From positions 3,894 through 67,893 of the forward strand of contig CAJBSZ010000101.1 in NCBI GenBank assembly GCA_903958395.1: a stretch of 64,000 bases of DNA, read 5' to 3'. A program made the position numbers and the translations under genes. The notes under the pieces were generated by a model, which worked only from the letters and a program-made list of their open reading frames with translations, was not told the origin of the DNA and did no database searches. Source of the DNA: an uncultured bacterium. Lineage in GTDB: Bacteria; Verrucomicrobiota; Kiritimatiellia; CAIKKV01; CAITUY01. Positions 47,585 to 56,230 of the stretch are shown here, in pieces; position 1 is the first letter of the stretch, and each line of letters starts with the position of its first letter.

Positions 47585-49608
47585 ACGCCCTCCTTTCCGG
47601 TCAACAGTTGTGAAGCCATGAAATGTTTCCGAATCGCACCGGTAAGGGCCATGGGATCGGTCCGGTTCAGCCGGTCAAGCACCCGTTCCCACCGATAGGC
47701 AAAACTGCCCTTTTCATCACGCGGGCGTTGTTTAAAAAGCGTATCGAAGGACCGTTTTCGCCGTGTATAATCCTGTTTCACATGAAGAAACCGTTCCGTA
47801 AATGAGGCAAGATAAGCCTCCAGCACTTCTCCGGGAGAGGAAAAAAAGGGGAGTCGGCGTCGGATGGGCTCCGCATAGGCCTCCGCAAAGGAAGCCAGAT
47901 CAGACTGATAATCCGTGAAGGTGCCGGTGTGATCGGCGACGATGATTTCCCTGGGCATGCCGAACTCGTCCTCTATCAAAACCTCATCGCCATCGTCGAA
48001 CAGCACGGCGTTTTTCAGGTTCAGGCGGCCTGTGATGATATTGGACGCGGCGGCCCGGCCCAGTAACCTCGCAAAGGCGAGGGAATACGTGAGGCTCTGG
48101 AAACGGGAACGGGGGATCTTGTCGGTGGCCATGCCGGAGAGATAGTCGCGTTCGAAATAGGTGGACCAGATCTGCTGGCCGTCATACCGGGTTCCGTGGT
48201 AGTGCTCGCTGATTTTGCGGGTTGTGATGCGGGCGGGCAGGTTCATGCCCAGCTGACGGCAGCCCAGTCTGCGATCCAGGATATATTCGGTGTAGTCCTC
48301 CGCCTCCATGATGGCGGGGAGGAGATCCTTGCCCTCGTTCAGGTGTTCCCGGATTCCCCATTTCTGCATGCGAAGAATACGGACAACAGGGTGCGGCGAA
48401 CTGTTTTGTTTGATCTCCGCCACATACACATCGCGGCGGCCGGAGCTCGAGGGTCGGCGTGATAGCGAGCCGATGACCCGGCCGACATTGACATAATCAA
48501 TATCCCCGAATTCGCGAAGGAAATTAAAGATGAACCCGCGTGCCTTTTCGTCGCAGAGGATCCTCAATTCGGAATCAGGGGGTGAACGATCCGCTTCATC
48601 GAAAAGGCTGTCGAACATCAATTCCCCCTCTTCGATGCGGCCGCCGGGGAGCCATTCGATCTGCATGAAGAATTCGGAACTCAGTCCGAGGATGGTTTCT
48701 TCGGGAAGGGCTTCGCCTCCCTGACCGATCAGGCATGAAAACATCAGGTTTCGCCAGTCGGGATTATCGGGATTGTCTTCCCTCATTTCCGGCCGCACGG
48801 CATCGCGAAAGGCCGCTTTGAGGTGTTCATAACAGGTGCGGATATCCGGAGGAGATTGATCCATGGGTTCGCAGGGTTTGAAGCTGGAATGGTCGAATGA
48901 TTTGTCGGTGGAAAAAAAGGCTACTTCGGGGTGGCCCATGCGGTTGTAGCGGCATGAAAAATCCCGGATTTCAATCAGATGTGCCTGGAGTTCATTGTCC
49001 GGCAGGGTTTCGAGTTCACAGAACTGCTGGTAGGTCAGGAATCGCGTGCCGATGTCGCGACTGTAATAGTAGATGGAACGGCCCCCGATCGGCAGCATGG
49101 CTGAGGCGATCATGCGTTTCATTTCATCAGGACTTTGGGGGAGCAGGGCAATCCGCCAGTTTTCGCCACGTTCCTTGATGGCATAGCGGACTTTTTCATT
49201 CATGAGGTTGAGAAACTTGATTTTCTGCTTGGAGACCAGTTCCTGAAGCAGGTCGTCGGCTTCGAAGGCCAGTGCCATGTTCTCGGGATCAGGCCGGATC
49301 AGGATGCTCCCGGGGTCCATGATCAGGTCAACCGACAGCTGCCATTCCAGCATCTCGTCCTCTTCGGACAGCGGGGGCTGGTTGGCTTGTTTCCGGGTGG
49401 CGTTAAGATCGGCGATATAGGCAAAGCGCTGGGTGGCGTGGATGCCGGGCAGGGTGACGAGGGTCCGGCTCCGGGGAAAGATCGTGCCGATCCGTGAGAT
49501 CAATCGTCCCTGCTGATCCTTCGCAAGCGGGTGTTCACCTAGAATTCGAATAGTCATTCCCTCGCATACTACCAATCCCTCCCTGTATTGAACAATCTGC
49601 TTTTTCAT
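47581..49608 (-). CDS. large hypothetical protein; C-terminal region with AceK-like (isocitrate dehydrogenase kinase/phosphatase family) motif, tentative
   Basis: No standard motif in the N-terminal half. The C-terminal half has AAASNIITGRLNLKNAVLFDDGDE, which resembles the AceK catalytic-loop/metal-binding segment AAANIFPGDMLFKNFG...FYDYDE (recalled from E. coli AceK). Start placed at ATG 49608. Confidence 0.35.
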   Translation of the reverse strand: MKKQIVQYREGLVVCEGMTIRILGEHPLAKDQQGRLISRIGTIFPRSRTLVTLPGIHATQRFAYIADLNATRKQANQPPLSEEDEMLEWQLSVDLIMDPGSILIRPDPENMALAFEADDLLQELVSKQKIKFLNLMNEKVRYAIKERGENWRIALLPQSPDEMKRMIASAMLPIGGRSIYYYSRDIGTRFLTYQQFCELETLPDNELQAHLIEIRDFSCRYNRMGHPEVAFFSTDKSFDHSSFKPCEPMDQSPPDIRTCYEHLKAAFRDAVRPEMREDNPDNPDWRNLMFSCLIGQGGEALPEETILGLSSEFFMQIEWLPGGRIEEGELMFDSLFDEADRSPPDSELRILCDEKARGFIFNFLREFGDIDYVNVGRVIGSLSRRPSSSGRRDVYVAEIKQNSSPHPVVRILRMQKWGIREHLNEGKDLLPAIMEAEDYTEYILDRRLGCRQLGMNLPARITTRKISEHYHGTRYDGQQIWSTYFERDYLSGMATDKIPRSRFQSLTYSLAFARLLGRAAASNIITGRLNLKNAVLFDDGDEVLIEDEFGMPREIIVADHTGTFTDYQSDLASFAEAYAEPIRRRLPFFSSPGEVLEAYLASFTERFLHVKQDYTRRKRSFDTLFKQRPRDEKGSFAYRWERVLDRLNRTDPMALTGAIRKHFMASQLLTGKEGV

Positions 49609-49645
49609 GGTGACAGTTGAGTCGGATTGAATACGATGGGGGGCT

Positions 49646-50566
49646 ATGAATTCGGTATACACCACAACGATTACCCGGGAAGCGCGCACGCGCGGGATTC
49701 AAATTGAAGTGATTGATCCCCGGACTCCCATTTTCGTGCTCAGGCATAAGGGAAAGTCAATCCGGTGTTACAACGCCCTGACGGATCGGGTTGGGGCGGT
49801 GACTTTTCAGATGACCCAGAACAAGGCCCTGGCCAATGTCTTTCTCAAGTCCCGCGGGTTTCCCGTTCCGGCCCAGCAACTTTTCACGGAGCCGGTGTCG
49901 GCGGAGCGTTTTTTGAAGCGATACCGCAGTATTGTTGTTAAACCCTGCTCCCAATGGGGCGGGCGCGGGGTGTCGGTGGCGGTGAAAACGGCTGAGGAAT
50001 TGGCCTGTGCCGTGCGTTTTGCGAAGCGGTTTGAGGAGGAGATCATTCTCGAACAGTATGTCGAGGGAGTGGACTACCGCCTGATATTTGTGGATTTCAA
50101 ATTCGTAGCGGCTATTCGCCGGCGATCCGCCCATGTGGAGGGGAATGGCCGGGATTCAATCCGGAACCTGGTGCAGGCAAAGAACCGGCAGGAACGGCGC
50201 GTTGATCCGAGTCATATCATTCCGCTCGATGCCGAGACGGCTCGCAACCTCAAGGTTTTAGGCCTGTCGTGGGAGCAGGTTCCTGCGGCGGGGCGGGTTG
50301 TTCGCGTCAGGTTGACCTCCAACTACCATACTGGCGGTGATGTGGATGTGGTGACCCATACGGTCAATCGGAAGCTGGTGGCCTTGGCCAGGCGTGCCGT
50401 GAAAGCGCTGAACGTTCCGGTCATTGGCATTGATTTCCTGGTGAATGAGGCAAGCGGTCGGTCGTGGCTGATTGAGTTGAGCCCCGATCTGGCAATTTCC
50501 CCGCCCGAGGGCGAAGAGGTGGCCCGGCATTTCATGAACTTCCTGTTCCCGGAGACAAAACGATGA
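49646..50566 (+). CDS. stand-alone cyanophycin-synthetase-like (CphA G-domain/RimK-type) ATP-grasp ligase
   Basis: IVVKPCSQWGGRGVSVAV...IILEQYVEGVDYRLIFVDFKFVAAIRR closely follows the CphA ATP-grasp core KP.dGN.GRGV...vvE.yi.G.DyRllVv...vAA..R. Confidence 0.65.
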   Translation: MNSVYTTTITREARTRGIQIEVIDPRTPIFVLRHKGKSIRCYNALTDRVGAVTFQMTQNKALANVFLKSRGFPVPAQQLFTEPVSAERFLKRYRSIVVKPCSQWGGRGVSVAVKTAEELACAVRFAKRFEEEIILEQYVEGVDYRLIFVDFKFVAAIRRRSAHVEGNGRDSIRNLVQAKNRQERRVDPSHIIPLDAETARNLKVLGLSWEQVPAAGRVVRVRLTSNYHTGGDVDVVTHTVNRKLVALARRAVKALNVPVIGIDFLVNEASGRSWLIELSPDLAISPPEGEEVARHFMNFLFPETKR

Positions 50567-51864
50567 AATCCTGTCATCTGGTTGGCGTTGCGGGTGTGGG
50601 GATGAATGCCTTAGCTCAGGCACTCAAGGGGGGTGGGTGGGCGGTCAGCGGCTCGGACCGTTATGAGGATCAGGGCCAGGATCTTGAGGTGATCCGGAAG
50701 CTGAAGGAGGCGGGAATTCGATTTTATCCGCAGGATGGATCCGGGATATCCCGAGAGACGGGTGCGGTGGTCGTGAGTACCGCGATTGAGAAGGATAATC
50801 CCGATATCGTCGCTGCGGAAAGGCTTGGGGTCCCTGTGCGGCACCGGGCCGAAATGCTAGCCGAACTCGTTCAGGGAAAGAAAACGGTGGCGATTGCGGG
50901 GACCTCCGGAAAAACGACGGTAACGGGCATGGTCGGCTGGCTTCTCGAGCAACTCGGAGCTGATCCCACGGTGGTCAATGGCGGGGCTCTGGTGAACTGG
51001 GCGGATGATCATCATGTGGGAAACGCGCGAACAGGCGGCTCAGGACTTTGCGTGATTGAGGTCGATGAGAGTGATCGCTCGCTCCTGCGGTTTTCACCCG
51101 ACCGGGCCTTGATTACCAATATGTCGGCTGATCATTTCAGCCTGGAGGAGACCGTCGGGCTTTTCAGCCAGTTCAGGAGTCAGGTCCGGTGCGATTGTAT
51201 TGCAGGGTGGGATCCCGGAATGCCGTGGCAGGGCCTGAAGCCGGTGCTGAGCCGGACCGGGTGCCGCTTCGCTTATGGCGGGCTTGAGTTCGAAATTTCG
51301 TTACTAGGGGCACACAACGCCGAAAATGCGCTTCAGGCGGTTGTGCTGTGCCAGCGAATGGGTTTTGACTTAGGTCGCATTCGCGATGCCCTGGCTCAAT
51401 TCAAGGGTATTCAGCGGCGCCTGGAGCGGGTGGGGGAAGCCGGCGGGGTGACGGTGGTGGATGAGTATGCCCATAACCCGGCGAAAATTTCGGCCGCCTG
51501 GCGGGCTGTGGCTCCTTATTATTCGCGGGTCACCGCGTTCTGGCGCCCGCATGGATTCAAGCCGTTGTCCCTGATGTTCAACGATCTGGTGGCGATGTTC
51601 GGGGACGTATGCCGCCCGCAGGACCGGCTTTTTCTGATGCCGGTGTATTACGCGGGAGGGACGGTGAGTAAGGCGATGGACTCGGATGTGCTTGCGACGG
51701 CGTTGCAGGCGCGCGGGGTGCCCGCCGTATGGGTTCCGGATTACGACCGGTTGATGTCCGGGATTATGAAAGACAGTCAAGCGGGCGAGGTCGTGCTATG
51801 CGTGGGCGCCCGGGACCCCGGCATCCCCCGGTTTGCCCGCGAGTTGGTGACTCGTCTGGGATGA
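50563..51864 (+). CDS. MurC/Mpl-family Mur ligase (paralog of the fused murC)
   Basis: HLVGVAGVGMNALAQALKGGGWAVSGSD Rossmann N-domain, VAIAGTSGKTT P-loop and a VVDEYAHNP C-domain motif; it resembles Mpl/MurC rather than MurE/F. ATGA overlap with the ATP-grasp gene. Confidence 0.7.
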   Translation: MKSCHLVGVAGVGMNALAQALKGGGWAVSGSDRYEDQGQDLEVIRKLKEAGIRFYPQDGSGISRETGAVVVSTAIEKDNPDIVAAERLGVPVRHRAEMLAELVQGKKTVAIAGTSGKTTVTGMVGWLLEQLGADPTVVNGGALVNWADDHHVGNARTGGSGLCVIEVDESDRSLLRFSPDRALITNMSADHFSLEETVGLFSQFRSQVRCDCIAGWDPGMPWQGLKPVLSRTGCRFAYGGLEFEISLLGAHNAENALQAVVLCQRMGFDLGRIRDALAQFKGIQRRLERVGEAGGVTVVDEYAHNPAKISAAWRAVAPYYSRVTAFWRPHGFKPLSLMFNDLVAMFGDVCRPQDRLFLMPVYYAGGTVSKAMDSDVLATALQARGVPAVWVPDYDRLMSGIMKDSQAGEVVLCVGARDPGIPRFARELVTRLG

Positions 51865-51879
51865 GCGGGCGCGAGCCCC

Positions 51880-54800
51880 TCATTGTATGGATTGGCGTCG
51901 CAAGACCACCCGTTCCATCAAGACATACATGGCGGGCAGGACGAGCAGGGTTAACAGTTGGGAGGTGATGATGCCACCCATGACGACAACGGCCAGCGGT
52001 TTCTGGATGTCGGCGCCGGAACCGGTGGCATAGAGCATGGGGAGATGCCCGATGAAACTGGTCAGTGCTGTCATCATCAACGGCCGGAACCGGATGTCGC
52101 ATCCGGTTCGGACAGTGTCGGAAAGGCCCAATCCGCTGTCACTCAACTGGCGGAAAAAGGCGACGAGCACCACGCCATTCTGAACGGCGATGCCGAGCAG
52201 GACGATGAAGGCCACGGCTGAGGAAACGGAGAGATTGATTCCGAATGCCGCCACCGCCAGTACGCCGCCCACCAGGGCGAAGGGCAGATTCGCGAGGACG
52301 AGCAGGGAATGCCGGACCGAGCCCAGCGCCGCAAAGAGCAGGATGAAAATCAGGATCAGGGCGATGGGCACCACGATGGATAATTGGCGCATGGCGCGCT
52401 GCTGATTTTCAAATTGGCCCCCGTATTCAATGAAATAGCCCGTCGGTAACTCGCGGGCCAGCGGAGCGAGCTTCTGTTGAATGTCCTTCACGAACCCCCC
52501 GAGGTCGCGCCCGCGGACATTGGTTTCGACCACCACCCGGCGCATGCCGTTTTCGCGGCTGATCTGGGCCGGCGACTCAATGCGCATGAACGAGGCCAGC
52601 TGATCGAGCGGAACCCGCTCCCCGCCGGGTGCCACGATCCATAACCGTTTAATGGCCTCCTCGTCCCGGCGTGACTTTTCCTCGAAGCGGACCACCACGG
52701 CGAAGCGCTTTTCTCCTTCAATCAGGGTGGTGGCACGGGTGCCTGCAATGGCGCTTTCGATGGTGTCGTTGATGTCGCTAATCCGGATGCCATGGCGGGC
52801 CGCCGCCTGGCGGTCAATCACCACATCCAGTTGGTTCATTCCGGTCACCTGTTCAACTTTCGTGTCCTGGGCGCCGGGCGCCGAACGGATGACGCCTGCC
52901 GCGCGGTCGGCAAATTGCCGGATCAGGGTGAGATCGGGGCCAAAGACTTTTACGGCCAGATCGCTCTTGATTCCCGAAATCAGTTCATTGACCCGCAGGG
53001 CGATGGGTTGCGAGAAGGAAAACCGGAGGCCGGGAATGATGGAAAGATCCCGGTTAATGGCGTCCACAAGGTCTTCCCGATTGCGTCCGGATGACCATTG
53101 TTTCCGGTGCTTGAGAACAATAAAGACGTCCGTCTGTTCGGGGCCCATGGGATCTTCCGAAATTTCGGCCCGGCCGGTCTTGCAGATCACGCTTTCGATC
53201 TCCGGGAACCGGCGCAGTTGTTTTTCCATGAAATCGGCGACCCGCACCGAGCCTTCGATCGAGGCGTTGGGGAGGCGGACCACATTGATGGCGATCGCAC
53301 CCTCATCCAATGTCGGCATGAATTCCGTTCCGATAAAGGGAATGGCCCCCAGTGAGGCAACCAGGATTCCCACCGCCAGCCCCAGGGTCAGGCCCGGGCG
53401 CCGCATGGCCCGGTCAAGCAGGGCGAGATAGCCGTGATGAAATTTTTTGATAAACCCGAATTCCCGCTCCGGGTCCTGTTTGAGGGTCAGGTCGGCCAAT
53501 ACGGGAATGGTCGTGAACGCGACGCCGAGCGAAACCAGCAGGGCGATAAGCAGGGTCAGCGCGAGCGGAGCGAACATCTTTCCCTCAATGCCCTGAAGGG
53601 TGAACAGCGGAACCAGAATGATGGCGATAATCATCACGGAAAAGGCCACCGGCCGGCCGACTTCCTGGACGGCCTCGGTGATGACGGTTCGCCGCGGTTC
53701 ATGCAGTCGCAGGGCCAATTGGCGCCGGATGTTTTCGATCACGACAATCGAGGCATCCACCACCATGCCCACCGAGAAGGCCAGCCCGCCCAGGCTCATC
53801 AGATTGGAACTGAGGCCGGCCCAGCCCATGAAGATGAAACTGACAAGGAAGGTGAGGGGCAGGGATAGCACCACAATCAGGGCGGTTCGCATCTCGGCAA
53901 TGAACAGAAATAGAATCAGGATCACGAAGAGCGAGCCTTCCATCAAGGCGGTCATGACGGTCGAGATGCAGGCCTTGACCAGCGAGGTTCGGTCGTAGAA
54001 AACATTGACCCGAACTCCTTCGGGAAGAGTGCCGCGCACCTTGTCCAGGGCATCCTTGACGCGGGCGACCACCTCGCGGGAATTTTCGCCCTTCAGCATG
54101 ATGATCATTCCCGCCACGACTTCGCCGCGGCCATCCCGGGTGACGGCACCCTGGCGGGGCTCGGTGCCGATCACCACCTCAGCCACATCCTTCACGCGCA
54201 CCGGGGTGCCATCCATTGCCTTGATCACCAGTTGCTCGATGTCGGGAATGTCCTTGAGCAGCCCCACTCCCCGTAAATAGACCTGTTCCCAGCCGCTGAC
54301 GAGGACACCCCCGCCTGCGTTGGCATTGCCGCGCTCGACGGCGGCGGTGACCTCGGCGACGGTCAGTTTATATTGGGCCAGCTTTTCGGGAGTTAACAGA
54401 ATCTGATACTGCCGTACCGCACCCCCGAAACTGTTTACCTCGTTGACGCCCGCCACCGGTTTGAGCATCGGGGCTACAAGCCAGTCCTGGAGGGTGCGGA
54501 GTTCCATGGCGTTGTGCCGGTCGCTCTCCAGGGTATATTGGAAAATTTCACCCAATCCGGTGCTGAGCGGGCCCAATTCGGGTTCCGTTCCCGGGGGTAA
54601 CTGGTCCCGGGCCATGGCCAGTCGCTCGAATACTACCTGGCGTGTCCAATAGGTGTCCACCCCGTCCTGGAAGATGACGACCACCTGCGACAAGCCTGCA
54701 CGGGAGAGGGATCGGACCTGGGTGACCTTGGGAAGGCCCCGCATCACCTGTTCAAGCGGATAACTGATCCGCTGTTCGACGTCTATGGCCGCCAAGCCAC

Positions 54801-54960
54801 TCGCCTTGGTCAGGATCATGACCTGGGTGTTGGTGACGTCCGGGAATGCGTCGATGGGAAGGGTTTTCCAGGCGACCAGCCCCGCCAGGGCGAGGGCGAC
54901 AGTGCCAAGCATGACCATGAGGCGCTGGGCGAGTACGGCTTTTATGAGGAGGTTAAACAT
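51880..54960 (-). CDS. heavy-metal-efflux RND permease (CusA/CzcA family)
   Basis: 1026 aa with 12 TM helices and two large periplasmic loops; HME-RND-type sequence. Confidence 0.85.
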   Translation of the reverse strand: MFNLLIKAVLAQRLMVMLGTVALALAGLVAWKTLPIDAFPDVTNTQVMILTKASGLAAIDVEQRISYPLEQVMRGLPKVTQVRSLSRAGLSQVVVIFQDGVDTYWTRQVVFERLAMARDQLPPGTEPELGPLSTGLGEIFQYTLESDRHNAMELRTLQDWLVAPMLKPVAGVNEVNSFGGAVRQYQILLTPEKLAQYKLTVAEVTAAVERGNANAGGGVLVSGWEQVYLRGVGLLKDIPDIEQLVIKAMDGTPVRVKDVAEVVIGTEPRQGAVTRDGRGEVVAGMIIMLKGENSREVVARVKDALDKVRGTLPEGVRVNVFYDRTSLVKACISTVMTALMEGSLFVILILFLFIAEMRTALIVVLSLPLTFLVSFIFMGWAGLSSNLMSLGGLAFSVGMVVDASIVVIENIRRQLALRLHEPRRTVITEAVQEVGRPVAFSVMIIAIILVPLFTLQGIEGKMFAPLALTLLIALLVSLGVAFTTIPVLADLTLKQDPEREFGFIKKFHHGYLALLDRAMRRPGLTLGLAVGILVASLGAIPFIGTEFMPTLDEGAIAINVVRLPNASIEGSVRVADFMEKQLRRFPEIESVICKTGRAEISEDPMGPEQTDVFIVLKHRKQWSSGRNREDLVDAINRDLSIIPGLRFSFSQPIALRVNELISGIKSDLAVKVFGPDLTLIRQFADRAAGVIRSAPGAQDTKVEQVTGMNQLDVVIDRQAAARHGIRISDINDTIESAIAGTRATTLIEGEKRFAVVVRFEEKSRRDEEAIKRLWIVAPGGERVPLDQLASFMRIESPAQISRENGMRRVVVETNVRGRDLGGFVKDIQQKLAPLARELPTGYFIEYGGQFENQQRAMRQLSIVVPIALILIFILLFAALGSVRHSLLVLANLPFALVGGVLAVAAFGINLSVSSAVAFIVLLGIAVQNGVVLVAFFRQLSDSGLGLSDTVRTGCDIRFRPLMMTALTSFIGHLPMLYATGSGADIQKPLAVVVMGGIITSQLLTLLVLPAMYVLMERVVLRRQSIQ

Positions 54961-54972
54961 GGCTGTGACTCC

Positions 54973-56217
54973 TTAATCCGCGCAACCGGCGCCCATTTTT
55001 TCGCGCAACACATCCGACTTAAGCAGAAAGGCGCCTTCGGTGACGACCTTCTGTCCCTCGGCCAATCCCTCCAGGATTTCGATTGAATCGCTGAAGTGGC
55101 GTCCCTTTTTGACGGGAGTGCGAATGTAATAGTCGTCCTTCAGATGAGTGAAGACAAAGCATTGGCCCTCGTCCTCCAGAACGGCATTACGGGGAACCGC
55201 CAGGACATCCTCGTTGCAAGTCCAGATCAGGTTGGCCTTGCAGAACATTCCGGGTCGGAGAAGGCCTTCCGGGTTGGGTATCAGGGCGCGTGCTTTCACG
55301 GTTCGAGTCGTTTCATCCATCGTGGCACCGAGGGTTTCAAGAGTCCCTTTGAATGGGTGCCCCGGGAAAGCCCTCGTTTCAAGGGTTACCAACAGGGGTG
55401 ACTTGGCGGCAGCCGCAAGAACGGCGGCAAGGTCACGTTCGTAGAGATCGAGCCAGACCCAGACGGAGGAGAGGTCCGATAGGGTCATGGCCGTCTGGCC
55501 GGGCTGAATACGATTCCCGGAAACCGCCTGCTTTTCAATCAAGGTTCCCGCCTGGGGAGATCTGAGGGAAAGGGTGCGGGGCGATTCTCCGGTGAGGGCG
55601 GCTATGTCAGATTCTGAAAATCCCATTGTATTAAGGGTATGGGCGGCGGCATCCCGATCCGTTTTGATCGTTTCGTAACGGATTTCGGCCTCGTCGGCTT
55701 CCACTTGGGCCGAGACTTTTTGCTCAGCCAGTCCCTTTTCCCGTTGGTAGGTGCGCTGGGCCGTTTGGGTCAGGGCGCGATTTTTGATATAGGAGCTGAT
55801 TGCATCGCCCAATTCGGCGCTCTCGATTTCAGCCAGGATGTCGCCCGGCTTCATGAGTTTGCCGATGTCGCCCCTGACATTGCGGAGAATGCCGGGAACG
55901 GGGGAGGAGATGCGGACGGTGGCGTTTTCGTTGAGTGCGATTTCGCCGACTGCCGCGAGTCCCTGTTCCAGCTTCTGGCGGGTGGCGGAACCGAATTGAA
56001 CCAGTGCCGGACTATTGGTTCCGGGGGTGAGAAGTGCTGGTGCGAGTTTAACCACGCCGGGTTCATACCGGCATTCATCGCAGGTATAAATCAGGATTTC
56101 ATGTTCGCACATCCGCGTCATCAGGTCGTCTTTCGGAGCCTCGGCCTGAGTTTGAAGAATGGCACTCATGAGGCAGATTATTCCCGTTACTATTAAGTTT
56201 TGTGTTTTTGTCGTCAT
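54973..56217 (-). CDS. RND efflux periplasmic adaptor (CusB/CzcB/HlyD family) with Cys/His-containing N-terminal segment
   Basis: Membrane-fusion-protein lipoyl and beta-barrel domains; N-terminal MCEHEILIYTCDECRYE possible metal site. Confidence 0.75.
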   Translation of the reverse strand: MTTKTQNLIVTGIICLMSAILQTQAEAPKDDLMTRMCEHEILIYTCDECRYEPGVVKLAPALLTPGTNSPALVQFGSATRQKLEQGLAAVGEIALNENATVRISSPVPGILRNVRGDIGKLMKPGDILAEIESAELGDAISSYIKNRALTQTAQRTYQREKGLAEQKVSAQVEADEAEIRYETIKTDRDAAAHTLNTMGFSESDIAALTGESPRTLSLRSPQAGTLIEKQAVSGNRIQPGQTAMTLSDLSSVWVWLDLYERDLAAVLAAAAKSPLLVTLETRAFPGHPFKGTLETLGATMDETTRTVKARALIPNPEGLLRPGMFCKANLIWTCNEDVLAVPRNAVLEDEGQCFVFTHLKDDYYIRTPVKKGRHFSDSIEILEGLAEGQKVVTEGAFLLKSDVLREKMGAGCAD

Positions 56218-56230
56218 AGATATCCTCGGC

